From Acidimicrobiia bacterium (GTDB lineage Bacteria > Actinomycetota > Acidimicrobiia > Spongiisociales > UBA5794), in contig JASJHC010000403.1 of assembly GCA_033791245.1 (NCBI GenBank), forward strand, positions 1 through 35,284: 35,284 nucleotides of DNA, given 5' to 3'. The translations under genes were made by a program, and so were the position numbers. Below the pieces are notes generated by a model. It worked only from the letters and a program-made list of their open reading frames with translations. It had not been told where the DNA came from and searched no databases. Position 1 is the first letter of the stretch; each line of letters begins with the position of its first letter. This document shows positions 1 to 8,050 of this stretch, piece after piece.

Positions 1-2
1 TT

Positions 3-560
3 GCGCTCTATCGAGTCTTTAGGGTCGGACCCAGCGGAGAGGATGCCTCGATGCTCGACCCGTCGGACATCATTCCGGTGGACTCCAATCTCGCCGAGGA
101 ACTCCTCAACGGAAACACCGAGTTTCTCAGCCTCGACATGCTGCAGTCGCCACAAGCTGCCACGGACGCCGGCATGTCAACGGCGATTCCGGCGATCCTG
201 CTAGTACTCGCAGTCGTAGGCTCCAGTTTTTACCAGACAATTCAGATGACCAAGCGGAACAAGGGCAAAGACAACCAACAAGAGAACAAACAAGCACAAC
301 AAATGCAGACGATCACCAAGATCATGCCCCTGTTTATGGGATTTATTTCCTGGGGCTTCCCGATGGGACTCGTCATGTACTTTGCGGTCTCGAATCTCTT
401 TCGTATTGGTCAGCAGGCGGTCATATTCCGTCTCGACGAGGGCGGCACTGGGTCAGACGCAAGACCTGCAAAGGATGCGGACACTCCCCCAGAGAATCCG
501 CATCTGAGTGGTCCCTCGCCTAATGCCAGCAAGAAGCGCAAACGGCGCAGGAGGAAGTAG
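3..560 (+). CDS. yidC: YidC/Oxa1-family membrane protein insertase, C-terminal part (5' end outside window)
   Basis: The frame is open from the window edge. It has C-terminal TM helices (AIPAILLVLAVVGSSFY; MPLFMGFISWGFPMGLVMYFAVSNLF) and a basic tail KKRKRRRRK. It sits directly upstream of jag-rsmG-parAB, as in most bacteria. Confidence 0.8.
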   Translation, partial: ALYRVFRVGPSGEDASMLDPSDIIPVDSNLAEELLNGNTEFLSLDMLQSPQAATDAGMSTAIPAILLVLAVVGSSFYQTIQMTKRNKGKDNQQENKQAQQMQTITKIMPLFMGFISWGFPMGLVMYFAVSNLFRIGQQAVIFRLDEGGTGSDARPAKDADTPPENPHLSGPSPNASKKRKRRRRK

Positions 561-564
561 GTAT

Positions 565-1434
565 ATGGAGTGGGTTGAAGCAGTCGGTCGGACTGTAGAC
601 GAGGCAGTCTCCGAGGCGATGGAAGCCCTGGGCGAAAGCTCATTAGAGGCCGTGGACGTTGAGGTTGTCGAGGAGCCAAAGAAGGGCTTTCTTGGTATCG
701 GTGGGCAAGATGCCCGTGTCAAGGTGACACCAAGACCAAAGAAGAAGCGCCGGCGCCGTGGTGGTCGTACCAGAGAACGCAGACCACAAGACTCGGACAG
801 CACCGCGTCAACGCAGAAGCCCCGCAAGGGCAACAACGGCGGTGGGGGCAAGGGCGCCAAGCAGCAGCAGAACAAGAGCAGAGACGAAAGTAAGAACCGT
901 CGCAACAAGCCAAAACAAGGCTCATCGGGCGGATCAGGAGCGAAGAAGGTTGCCGTGGATAAGAAGCCTGACGAGAGAGCAGACATCGAAGAACAGGCCC
1001 AGGTCGCACAGGAGTTTGCGGAGGGATTGCTCGTGGCTTTTGGCGTAGACGGAGAGGTCATCACCAAGGTCGAAGACGAGATACTGTTTATCGACATCAA
1101 TGGAGATCAGACAGAGGCACTTGTGGGGCGTAAGGGTGCGGTTGTGCAAGCTGTGCACGAGCTCACTAGGACGGTTATCCAGAGGAAGACCTTTGGAGCA
1201 CCCCGGATGAGGCTTGACATAGCCGGCTACGGCGCTCGTCGCCGCGAAGCGCTCAAGATCTATGCGACTGGTCTTGCCGAAACCGTCAAGGAAGACGGCC
1301 GCGAGGCGATGCTAGAGCCGATGAATGCTGCGGATCGCAAGGTCGTTCATGATGCGATTTCCGAAATCGATGGGGTCCGTTCCTTCTCCGAGGGAGAAGA
1401 CCCCAATCGATCAGTAGTTGTCGCACCAAGCTAA
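565..1434 (+). CDS. jag: Jag/KhpB-type RNA-binding protein (Jag_N, long Lys/Arg/Gly-rich linker, KH and R3H region)
   Basis: ATG at 565 lies 10 nt after AGGAGGA. The N-terminus MEWVEAVGRTVDEAVSEAMEALG is typical Jag_N. The C-terminus (GRKGAVVQAVHELT...NAADRKVVHDAISEIDGVRSFSEGEDPNRSVVV) is typical KH/R3H. The annotated ORF start at 508 overlaps yidC and was not used. Confidence 0.85.
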   Translation: MEWVEAVGRTVDEAVSEAMEALGESSLEAVDVEVVEEPKKGFLGIGGQDARVKVTPRPKKKRRRRGGRTRERRPQDSDSTASTQKPRKGNNGGGGKGAKQQQNKSRDESKNRRNKPKQGSSGGSGAKKVAVDKKPDERADIEEQAQVAQEFAEGLLVAFGVDGEVITKVEDEILFIDINGDQTEALVGRKGAVVQAVHELTRTVIQRKTFGAPRMRLDIAGYGARRREALKIYATGLAETVKEDGREAMLEPMNAADRKVVHDAISEIDGVRSFSEGEDPNRSVVVAPS

Positions 1435-1453
1435 CCACTATGTGTTTACCACG

Positions 1454-1489
1454 TCAGCCCCCATGTTTCACGTGAAACATGGGGGCTGA
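1454..1489. repeat. 36-bp perfect palindrome (TCAGCCCCCATGTTTCAC|GTGAAACATGGGGGCTGA) enclosing parS, followed by a T-rich tract
   Basis: Arms 1454-1471 and 1472-1489 are exact reverse complements. TTCTTTT follows at 1490-1496. It lies 20 nt after the jag stop and contains the rsmG ATG (1479). Confidence 0.9.
1464..1479. promoter_or_regulatory. parS: parS centromere-like site, perfect match to consensus TGTTNCACGTGAAACA
   Basis: The sequence TGTTTCACGTGAAACA is read directly. It is located in the jag-rsmG intergenic region immediately upstream of parA-parB. Confidence 0.85.
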
Positions 1490-2105
1490 TTCTTTTGATG
1501 TAGTAGTCCGAGCCGTCAGCTGGACTGGCACTGAGCTCGATACGAGCCAGATCGCTCTTCTGGAGAGATTCCACCGATGGCTAGCAGAAGAAGCTCTTGT
1601 CGCCGGTGGCCTCGGGCCACTGGAGGAGGACAGGCTCTGGGCTAGGCACATCGCAGACTCGCTTGTCTTTGGGATTGCGATTCACTCCGGGACACGCTGT
1701 CTCGACATAGGTAGCGGAGTCGGCCTTCCGGGGATCCCTTTGGCAATAGCGCATCCTGCGGCCTCGTTTGTATTGCTGGATCGTTCGGGTCGTAGATGTG
1801 ACCTTATGCGACGAGCCGTGGCGGTGCTTGGTCTCGACAATTGTGAGGTTGTGCAACGAGACGTTGCCAGTGTGACGACAAGATTCGAGAGCATAGTTTC
1901 GCGGGCCGCCATTCCCCCGGTAGAGATGGTGATTCACGTGAAACGTCTGATAGCGCCCGGTGGCGTTGCGCTTTTGGCTCTGTCGAGATCCGCAACGGCA
2001 ACAAATCCGCTTACCAAGATCGACCGCCTAGCGAGTTCAATAGTGGTGGTTCCCGCCGATATCCTTGACACTGGCGCAAAGCTCCTTAGGATTGAGGCAA
2101 CTTAA
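1479..2105 (+). CDS. rsmG: 16S rRNA (guanine527-N7)-methyltransferase RsmG/GidB
   Basis: It has the SAM-binding motif LDIGSGVGLPGIPLAI and typical RsmG context and length (208 aa). ATG 1479 is the only in-frame start after the upstream stop at 1473-1475. Confidence 0.9.
   Translation: MGADSFDVVVRAVSWTGTELDTSQIALLERFHRWLAEEALVAGGLGPLEEDRLWARHIADSLVFGIAIHSGTRCLDIGSGVGLPGIPLAIAHPAASFVLLDRSGRRCDLMRRAVAVLGLDNCEVVQRDVASVTTRFESIVSRAAIPPVEMVIHVKRLIAPGGVALLALSRSATATNPLTKIDRLASSIVVVPADILDTGAKLLRIEAT
1930..1945. promoter_or_regulatory. Degenerate parS-like site (TGATTCACGTGAAACG, 14/16 to consensus) inside rsmG
   Basis: Read directly. It has two mismatches, at positions 3 and 16. It lies 450 bp from the perfect parS and next to parAB. 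Confidence 0.35.
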
Positions 2106-2122
2106 TCCCTGGGAGACCATCT

Positions 2123-2908
2123 ATGTCGAGTACCGGCGATGCGACGATCGTCGCAATCGCAAACCAAAAGGGTGGAGTCGGCAAGTCCACTACAGCTATC
2201 AACTTGGGTGCGGGTCTGGCGATCCAGGGGGAGCGAGTCCTTCTTGTCGATCTTGATCCGCAAGGAAACACCTCGTCGGGTCTAGGTATAGATCGGGGGA
2301 GCATCGAACTCTCCACGTATGACGTCCTTATCGACGATGTTGCCCTCGAGGACGTGATCGAGCCCACTTCGGTGCGGGATCTATACATAGTGCCCGCCAC
2401 GATCGAGCTCGCTGGGGCGGAGATCGAGCTAGTTTCTCTCTTCTCAAGAGAGATGCGGCTGGCAAACGCCCTCAAATCCATCCTCGACAGATACGACTTT
2501 GTGCTTATTGACTGTCCCCCGTCACTTGGTTTGCTGACAATCAATGGGCTGTCAGCTGCCAACGAAGTTGCCATACCTATCCAGTGCGAGTATTACGCAC
2601 TCGAGGGTGTGAGCCAGCTGATCCGAAATGTTCAGCTTGTTCAGCAAAGCCTAAACCCTCAACTTGAGGTCGAAGGTGTCATCCTTACCATGTTCGATGG
2701 CCGTACCACGCTGTCGGCCGATGTAGTCGAGCAGGTGCGGCAGCATTTCGGAGAGACCACCTACAAGACCGTAATCCCGCGCACCGTGAGATTGTCCGAG
2801 GCCCCGTCATACGGAGAGCCCATAGAGGCATTCGATCCGATGTCGCGAGGGGCAATTGCGTACAGAGAACTAGCACGCGAGTTTAGGAGGCGTCATGGCC
2901 GCACGTAA
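2123..2908 (+). CDS. parA: Chromosome partitioning ATPase ParA/Soj
   Basis: It has the deviant Walker A motif ANQKGGVGKSTTAINL, plus LLVDLDPQGN and a ParA-type C-terminus. GGGAG precedes the ATG. Confidence 0.95.
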   Translation: MSSTGDATIVAIANQKGGVGKSTTAINLGAGLAIQGERVLLVDLDPQGNTSSGLGIDRGSIELSTYDVLIDDVALEDVIEPTSVRDLYIVPATIELAGAEIELVSLFSREMRLANALKSILDRYDFVLIDCPPSLGLLTINGLSAANEVAIPIQCEYYALEGVSQLIRNVQLVQQSLNPQLEVEGVILTMFDGRTTLSADVVEQVRQHFGETTYKTVIPRTVRLSEAPSYGEPIEAFDPMSRGAIAYRELAREFRRRHGRT

Positions 2909-3743
2909 GGGTGGTTTGGGGAGGGGTTTGGACTCGCTGTTACCGGTAGATCGACCGAAGAGTGGCTTTGGGAACGTGTCGCTGGACGAGGTGGAGCCCA
3001 ATCCACAGCAACCACGGGTGAATTTCGACGAAGACCTGCTCCGCTCTTTGGCAGCATCGATCTCTGAGGTGGGGGTACTGCAGCCGGTGGTGGTGCGGCC
3101 AGAGGGCGATGGCTACGTTCTTATCGCGGGGGAGAGGCGTTGCCGAGCTGCCCGGATGGCGGGTCTGGAGACGATCCCGGCGATCATAAAGGGAACCGAC
3201 ACCGACGAGACCACCAGCCTTGCAGAGGCGCTTATTGAGAACGTGCAGAGAGAGGATCTATCTCCTCTCGAAGAGGCGGCCGGCTACCAGCAGCTCATGG
3301 AAGAATTTGGCTTGACCCATGACGCGGTGGCCGAAAAGGTGGGGAAGAGTCGCAGTGCGATAACCAATACGCTACGTCTCCTCCAGCTCCCGACGGTCAT
3401 TCAGGGAATGGTCGGGCGGGGCGAGCTTGCCGCAGGTCACGCCAGGGCACTTCTCGCCCTCGAGGATCAGGCCTACGCCACACATCTTGCGGAGCGCATA
3501 GCTGCGGAAGGCTGGTCGGTGCGTCAGGTCGAAGAGGCAGTCAGAAAGCGTGCAGGGGAGCAGGCCCCCACAGCTGCCCGGACGGACAAGGTCCGGCCGG
3601 CGGCCATCATTGAACTCGAAGATCGTCTCGGCGAACATCTCGGCACCGCGGTCAAGATCGATCATGGCAAGCGAGGCGGCAAGCTTGTGATCCGTTATGC
3701 ATCGCTCGATGATCTCGAAAGGATCTACGGCATCTTGTCCTGA
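2895..3743 (+). CDS. parB: Chromosome partitioning protein ParB/Spo0J
   Basis: It begins RKGGLGRGLDSLLP, has the ParB box GERRCRAARMAG, and an HTH segment LTHDAVAEKVGKSRSAITNTLRLL. AGGAGG precedes the ATG, and the start overlaps the parA end by 14 nt. Confidence 0.95.
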   Translation: MAARKGGLGRGLDSLLPVDRPKSGFGNVSLDEVEPNPQQPRVNFDEDLLRSLAASISEVGVLQPVVVRPEGDGYVLIAGERRCRAARMAGLETIPAIIKGTDTDETTSLAEALIENVQREDLSPLEEAAGYQQLMEEFGLTHDAVAEKVGKSRSAITNTLRLLQLPTVIQGMVGRGELAAGHARALLALEDQAYATHLAERIAAEGWSVRQVEEAVRKRAGEQAPTAARTDKVRPAAIIELEDRLGEHLGTAVKIDHGKRGGKLVIRYASLDDLERIYGILS

Positions 3744-3763
3744 CACTTCGTCTGGAAACCGGA

Positions 3764-4735
3764 CTATCTGCTGTCTGGGCGCTCGGCTGTGTACAGATCC
3801 ATTAGGCCCTGTGCTGTCAACTTGGTGGCGGTATCGGAGAACTCGGGGAGAGCCACCACGACGGCGGGGGATCTTGTGTTCTTGAGAATGGGGATTGCGC
3901 GCCCGTTGTGCTCTAGTCCGAGCGTGGCCGCGATACTGCTCGCCAACGCTTGTCCCGCTGCTGAGCTGCTGTGTTCGGATGCAAAAAAGTAGACACCGGT
4001 CTCGTCGTCGCGAACCGTGCACAAAGCGAGAACAATGTCGACTCCGAGTCGATTGGATCGCAACGCACGAACCCGCTCGGTAGGCGCCGTATCGATGCTG
4101 CGAGAGAGAAACACGACAGCACCATTGGCCTGGATAATTGTGGAAAGCAATACGCTCGGACCCCAGGTGGCGTCGGCCTCGGATTCATCCCGGCAGAAGG
4201 GGTCGACATAGATTCGCTGACCGGCAATCGAGATGGGAAGATTCTCCAGCCATTGATGATCACGTACGACCTCGCGTCCGTGTTTCCCTGTGACTTTTGC
4301 CATCAGCGCGAGTTCTGCAACCACCTCGGTACCGGTCAGTCCGTCTTCCGCAACACCACGGTTCGACTGGAACTCCAACAGACCACGCAGTGTGTCAGGA
4401 CCAAAGATCCCATCAACGTTGCCGCTGTCGAATCCGAGAGAGTTCAGTTGACGTTGTAGTTCAGCCACGTCATCACCACGCATCATCGGAACGCGGTGAT
4501 AGAGGATTCTGCTCCCGAGGCGGTAGCCGGCACTGACCATGGCTCGCCACGTGTCGGGGCCAACGATGCCGTCGTTCCACAAACCGCGTTTTGCCTGGAA
4601 TGCGGCGACCGCGTCAAAGGTCGCCTGACCAAAATTTCCGACCGTATCGCCGTTTGTCGAGAAGCCGAGCGCGACAAGGCGGTCCTGGATATCCCGGACC
4701 GCCTCGCCATCATCACCAAAGCGATAAAGCCTCAC
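3764..4735 (-). CDS. cwlM: CwlM-like protein: two PG_binding_1 repeats plus a degenerate N-acetylmuramoyl-L-alanine amidase (Amidase_3) domain, no signal peptide
   Basis: Two repeats of the G(D)DV..LQ..L..LGF...DG.FGP.T type are followed by an Amidase_3-like C-terminal half. The start is GTG. It sits beside trxA-trxB, as cwlM does in mycobacteria. Confidence 0.8.
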   Translation of the reverse strand: MRLYRFGDDGEAVRDIQDRLVALGFSTNGDTVGNFGQATFDAVAAFQAKRGLWNDGIVGPDTWRAMVSAGYRLGSRILYHRVPMMRGDDVAELQRQLNSLGFDSGNVDGIFGPDTLRGLLEFQSNRGVAEDGLTGTEVVAELALMAKVTGKHGREVVRDHQWLENLPISIAGQRIYVDPFCRDESEADATWGPSVLLSTIIQANGAVVFLSRSIDTAPTERVRALRSNRLGVDIVLALCTVRDDETGVYFFASEHSSSAAGQALASSIAATLGLEHNGRAIPILKNTRSPAVVVALPEFSDTATKLTAQGLMDLYTAERPDSR

Positions 4736-4760
4736 GGCCTTATCGTCTCACATGTTGCGA

Positions 4761-5087
4761 TCAACCGATGTAATCCGCCAGCTCGGTCTCTAGTTGGCCC
4801 TTCGAGCGGGCCCCCACGAACCGCTTTTGTTCTTGGCCACCCTTGAACAGAATCATGGTGGGAATGCTCATGACCTCGTAGGTCATCGCGGTCTGGGGGT
4901 TGTCGTCAACGTTGAGCTTGGCGACAGTCAGGCTACCGGCCTTCTCTCCTGCCAACTCCTTGAGCGGACCTTCCATCATTTTACAAGGACCACACCACTC
5001 GGCCCAGAAATCGACCAGGACCGGGGTCTCATCACCAATGAGCTCCGAGAAGCCTGCATCGTTTGCTGTAACTGTTGTATCTGTCAT
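4761..5087 (-). CDS. trxA: Thioredoxin
   Basis: It has the active site WAEWCGPCK, is 108 aa long, and shows the typical thioredoxin pattern throughout. Confidence 0.95.
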   Translation of the reverse strand: MTDTTVTANDAGFSELIGDETPVLVDFWAEWCGPCKMMEGPLKELAGEKAGSLTVAKLNVDDNPQTAMTYEVMSIPTMILFKGGQEQKRFVGARSKGQLETELADYIG

Positions 5088-5171
5088 GACATTCGCCCGC
5101 AGGCTGTCACCTCCTGATTGTGAAGATATCGCTGGGCTGGGTGTGCATATGCAACCTACGCCCAGGCGTTT

Positions 5172-6095
5172 CTAGTTTTCCTGTTCGTCGAGCCAGCGCT
5201 CGGCGTCGATAGCGGCCTGACAGCCCATGCCGGCTGCTGTGATGGCTTGTCGGTAAACGTGGTCGGCCACATCGCCAGCAGCAAAGACACCGGGTACGGA
5301 TGTCATAGTATTCTCGCCGGTCAGGATGTAACCCTTGTCGTCCAGATCGATTTGGCTCTCGAAGACCTTGGTATTCGGAGTATGCCCGATTGCGAGGAAC
5401 ATCCCCTCAACCGGTAGTTCCGAAACCTCATCGGTAACCCGATTACGGATCCGGAGACCAGTCATAACCTCGTCACCAAGGACCTCTTCGATGACCGTGT
5501 CCCAGACCATTTCAATCTTCTCGTGTTCCAGTACCCGAGTCGCCATGATTTTAGAGGCACGGAGCTCGTCGCGGCGGTGGATGACGTAAACCTTTGAAGC
5601 AAACTTCGTCAGGAACAACGCTTCCTCTGCAGCACTGTCGCCACCCCCGACGACCGCAATCTCCTTGTCACGGAAGAAGAATCCGTCGCAGGTTGCGCAA
5701 GCCGAGACACCATGACCACGCAGTCGCGTTTCGCTCTCGAGACCAAGCCAGCGAGCAGACGCACCCGTCGAGATGATCACGGTGTCTGCGCTGTACTCAT
5801 CGTCGTCGACCCACAGTTTGAAGGGGCGAGCTGAGAAGTCCACTTTGGTCACGTCGGAACTCATGATCCGGGTTTCGAATCGTTCCGCCTGCTTGCGGAA
5901 GCCCTCCATGAGGTCGGGTCCCATGATGCCGTCGGGGAACCCCGGGTAGTTTTCTACGTCGGTGGTCAGCATCAGTTGGCCACCACGCTCCATGCCTTCA
6001 ATCATCAGCGGCTTGAGGGCAGCGCGTGCGGCATAGACGGCAGCCGTATACCCAGCGGGGCCAGAGCCGACGATAACGACCTTCTCAGTCATCAT
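5172..6095 (-). CDS. trxB: Thioredoxin-disulfide reductase
   Basis: It has the FAD motif [14 protein letters not shown], the redox centre CATCDG, the NADPH motif [12 protein letters not shown], and a C-terminal GVFAAGDV. Confidence 0.95.
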   Translation of the reverse strand: MMTEKVVIVGSGPAGYTAAVYAARAALKPLMIEGMERGGQLMLTTDVENYPGFPDGIMGPDLMEGFRKQAERFETRIMSSDVTKVDFSARPFKLWVDDDEYSADTVIISTGASARWLGLESETRLRGHGVSACATCDGFFFRDKEIAVVGGGDSAAEEALFLTKFASKVYVIHRRDELRASKIMATRVLEHEKIEMVWDTVIEEVLGDEVMTGLRIRNRVTDEVSELPVEGMFLAIGHTPNTKVFESQIDLDDKGYILTGENTMTSVPGVFAAGDVADHVYRQAITAAGMGCQAAIDAERWLDEQEN

Positions 6096-6129
6096 TCAAT
6101 CCTTTTCTGTGTGGACCTAGGTCCAAGAT

Positions 6130-6423
6130 TCAGTCCTGTGACGCTTCGCGCGGAAGGCGAAGCCTCCATAAGAACATCCCGACGACCACGAATAATCCAC
6201 CAATAATCGTGTACGACCACTGCATGCCCACAAACCCGGCAAGCAGACGCACCAGGCCGACAACGAGAAAGATGGCAAGAACGAGGCCAAGCAGTGCCGC
6301 AACAATGCCGACCCCTGTCCATTTCGCCCAGCCGGCGACGCGGTCGACGGTCATCACACGAATCTTGTTGGCGGTGGTCTCGAGGAAGTCCGCTATCTGT
6401 GTTGGGTAATCGTTCATCTCCAC
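6130..6423 (-). CDS. Small two-TM membrane protein (resembles the actinobacterial holin-X / phage-holin-3_6-like family; function unknown)
   Basis: It has two hydrophobic helices (GVGIVAALLGLVLAIFLVVGLV; YTIIGGLFVVVGMFLW). It is co-oriented between trxB and the anti-sigma gene. The start is GTG 6423 or ATG 6417. Confidence 0.55.
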   Translation of the reverse strand: MEMNDYPTQIADFLETTANKIRVMTVDRVAGWAKWTGVGIVAALLGLVLAIFLVVGLVRLLAGFVGMQWSYTIIGGLFVVVGMFLWRLRLPREASQD

Positions 6424-6472
6424 ACAGAATAGTCAGGACACCGCTGGTGTCGGTTGTTCGGCGTCTGTGTCG

Positions 6473-7432
6473 TCAGCCTTGTGGGATATCGGGGAGAATC
6501 AGGACAGGAATGGTCTGGACGACTTCGCATTCCGGGTAGTCAACCACGACGAGAATGATCTCGTTTACGTCATCCATCAGGTACGTGACAACAATCCGTT
6601 CCCTGCTGTCATCCCCGTGCAACAAGCCGGTTGCAATGGCTTCGCTTGTGGGCGGAATGCCGAGGTCGATTGCCAATTGGGTGAAGCATTCGCCTGCATC
6701 GATCGTGACCGTCTTGGCGAGCTGGTCGCGGAGCCGAAGATCAGCGCCATCGGCGATGAATTCGTCAATGACCTTCTGGCGGATCTCTTCGGTGAGGTCC
6801 CCAAACCCGATTACAGGGAGAATGTCAGCCAGGCCTATTGCCGAGTCGGTGCTCTCTGTCGCTGCCATGGTGGTTGTGGTCGCCGCCATCGGCGCTGCGG
6901 TGGTTTCGGTGGACGCTGCATACTCGGCGGAGTCGTCGGCAAGGCCACCGGCCAGGATGTCCTCACGATCCTGCGGGACCATCTCAGCCGACGCTGTCGT
7001 TGTATCCATAGCCGCCGACTCTTCGTTGGCCGCAGCAGACGCTGCCGCTGTCGTAACTGCGGCGCTGTCAGAGTCACTGCCCCCCAAAATGTTCGGCACA
7101 ACCATGAAGATCACAAGGAACATGGCGGCGGTCCCGGCCGCGACCGACACCCAGCGACCCCAAGCCACGGTGGCTCGCCGCGGTGCAGGCGAGCGAGTGG
7201 GTACACCAAGCTTGCTTCTGAGGTCAGAGTGGAGCTGTGCGGACTCAGTGGCAGACATATAGACAGCAGGGGCTTCAGCAAGAACCGACAGCGCTAGCCG
7301 TTGGAGCTCGAGGTCCTCGGTGCATTCTGTGCACCCGGAAATCTCCGCTAGGGCGGCGGTTGCAGCCGCTTCGTCGAGGGTTTCCTCGGCGAGCGCCATG
7401 ATGATCTCTTGGTCGTGTTTGTGCATATTCAT
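6473..7432 (-). CDS. Membrane-spanning anti-sigma factor (partial zinc-finger anti-sigma motif, one TM, extracytoplasmic domain)
   Basis: The start overlaps the sigma gene stop (ATGA at 7429-7432). The N-terminus has CTEC within ...AEISGCTECTEDL. It has a single TM helix (WVSVAAGTAAMFLVIFMVV), an Ala/Thr-rich linker and a C-terminal domain. Confidence 0.7.
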   Translation of the reverse strand: MNMHKHDQEIIMALAEETLDEAAATAALAEISGCTECTEDLELQRLALSVLAEAPAVYMSATESAQLHSDLRSKLGVPTRSPAPRRATVAWGRWVSVAAGTAAMFLVIFMVVPNILGGSDSDSAAVTTAAASAAANEESAAMDTTTASAEMVPQDREDILAGGLADDSAEYAASTETTAAPMAATTTTMAATESTDSAIGLADILPVIGFGDLTEEIRQKVIDEFIADGADLRLRDQLAKTVTIDAGECFTQLAIDLGIPPTSEAIATGLLHGDDSRERIVVTYLMDDVNEIILVVVDYPECEVVQTIPVLILPDIPQG

Positions 7433-8001
7433 TCGTCTCTTGGATGTCGCGAACCTGCTCTGAGGTTCCCAAGGGTTTCGGCAAGTACTTTTCTGCCGCG
7501 GAAAAGGCGCGACTTGATTGTTCCTATTGGCACATCGAGGATCTGGGCGGCCTGTTCCAACGCTAGGCCCTGTAGGTCGACAAGGACGACGGCCGAGCGG
7601 AAGTCCACAGGCACCCGTTGCAGCGCCTTTTCGATCTCCGGTCGGAGCTCTACGGCCTCGAATTCATCTCCGCTACGAGGATCGACTGGGTCCGCAATCT
7701 CAGGCAGCGGTTCGGTGCGCCGCCGCTTTGCCTTACGCAACTGGTCGTAGCAAGTGTTGACGGCCACCCGATACAGCCAGGTGCTGAATGCGGCCCGCTC
7801 TTCGTAGCGATCGGCTTTGCGGAAGACCGTTACAAAGGTCTCCTGGACCGCATCCAGGGCGGCTTCGCGGTCCCTCATCATGCGCAGACAGATACCGAAC
7901 ACCCGATCTTCGTGGGCGCGAACCAGTTCATCGAAGGCAGTGACGTCACCCCCGAGATACCGGTTGAGGAGCTGAACGTCCTCTGCGGCTCTGCTTGTCA
8001 T
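7429..8001 (-). CDS. ECF (group IV) RNA polymerase sigma factor, SigM-like by context
   Basis: Region 2 reads FDELVRAHEDRVFGICLRMMRDREAALDAVQETFVTVFRK and region 4 reads LQGLALEQAAQILDVPIGTIKSRLFRGRKVL. I chose ATG 8001 (190 aa). The 60 extra upstream codons of the ORF track are Ser/Pro-rich and unlike any sigma. Confidence 0.9.
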   Translation of the reverse strand: MTSRAAEDVQLLNRYLGGDVTAFDELVRAHEDRVFGICLRMMRDREAALDAVQETFVTVFRKADRYEERAAFSTWLYRVAVNTCYDQLRKAKRRRTEPLPEIADPVDPRSGDEFEAVELRPEIEKALQRVPVDFRSAVVLVDLQGLALEQAAQILDVPIGTIKSRLFRGRKVLAETLGNLRAGSRHPRDE

Positions 8002-8050
8002 GGTGGTGATTCTGGCGCGATGACCGGCCCATGTCATACCGAGTCGAGAT

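Noticed and set aside
453-1100. 215-aa minus-strand ORF, and other ORFs antisense to jag
   Set aside because: It lies entirely antisense to a well-supported Jag gene. The composition is Ser/Pro/Leu/Cys-rich and low-complexity, typical of shadow ORFs in GC-rich DNA.
6467-7297. 276-aa and 235-aa plus-strand ORFs opposite the anti-sigma gene
   Set aside because: They are Arg/Cys/Gly-rich shadow frames of the anti-sigma coding sequence. They show no recognisable motifs, and they conflict with the translationally coupled sigma/anti-sigma pair.
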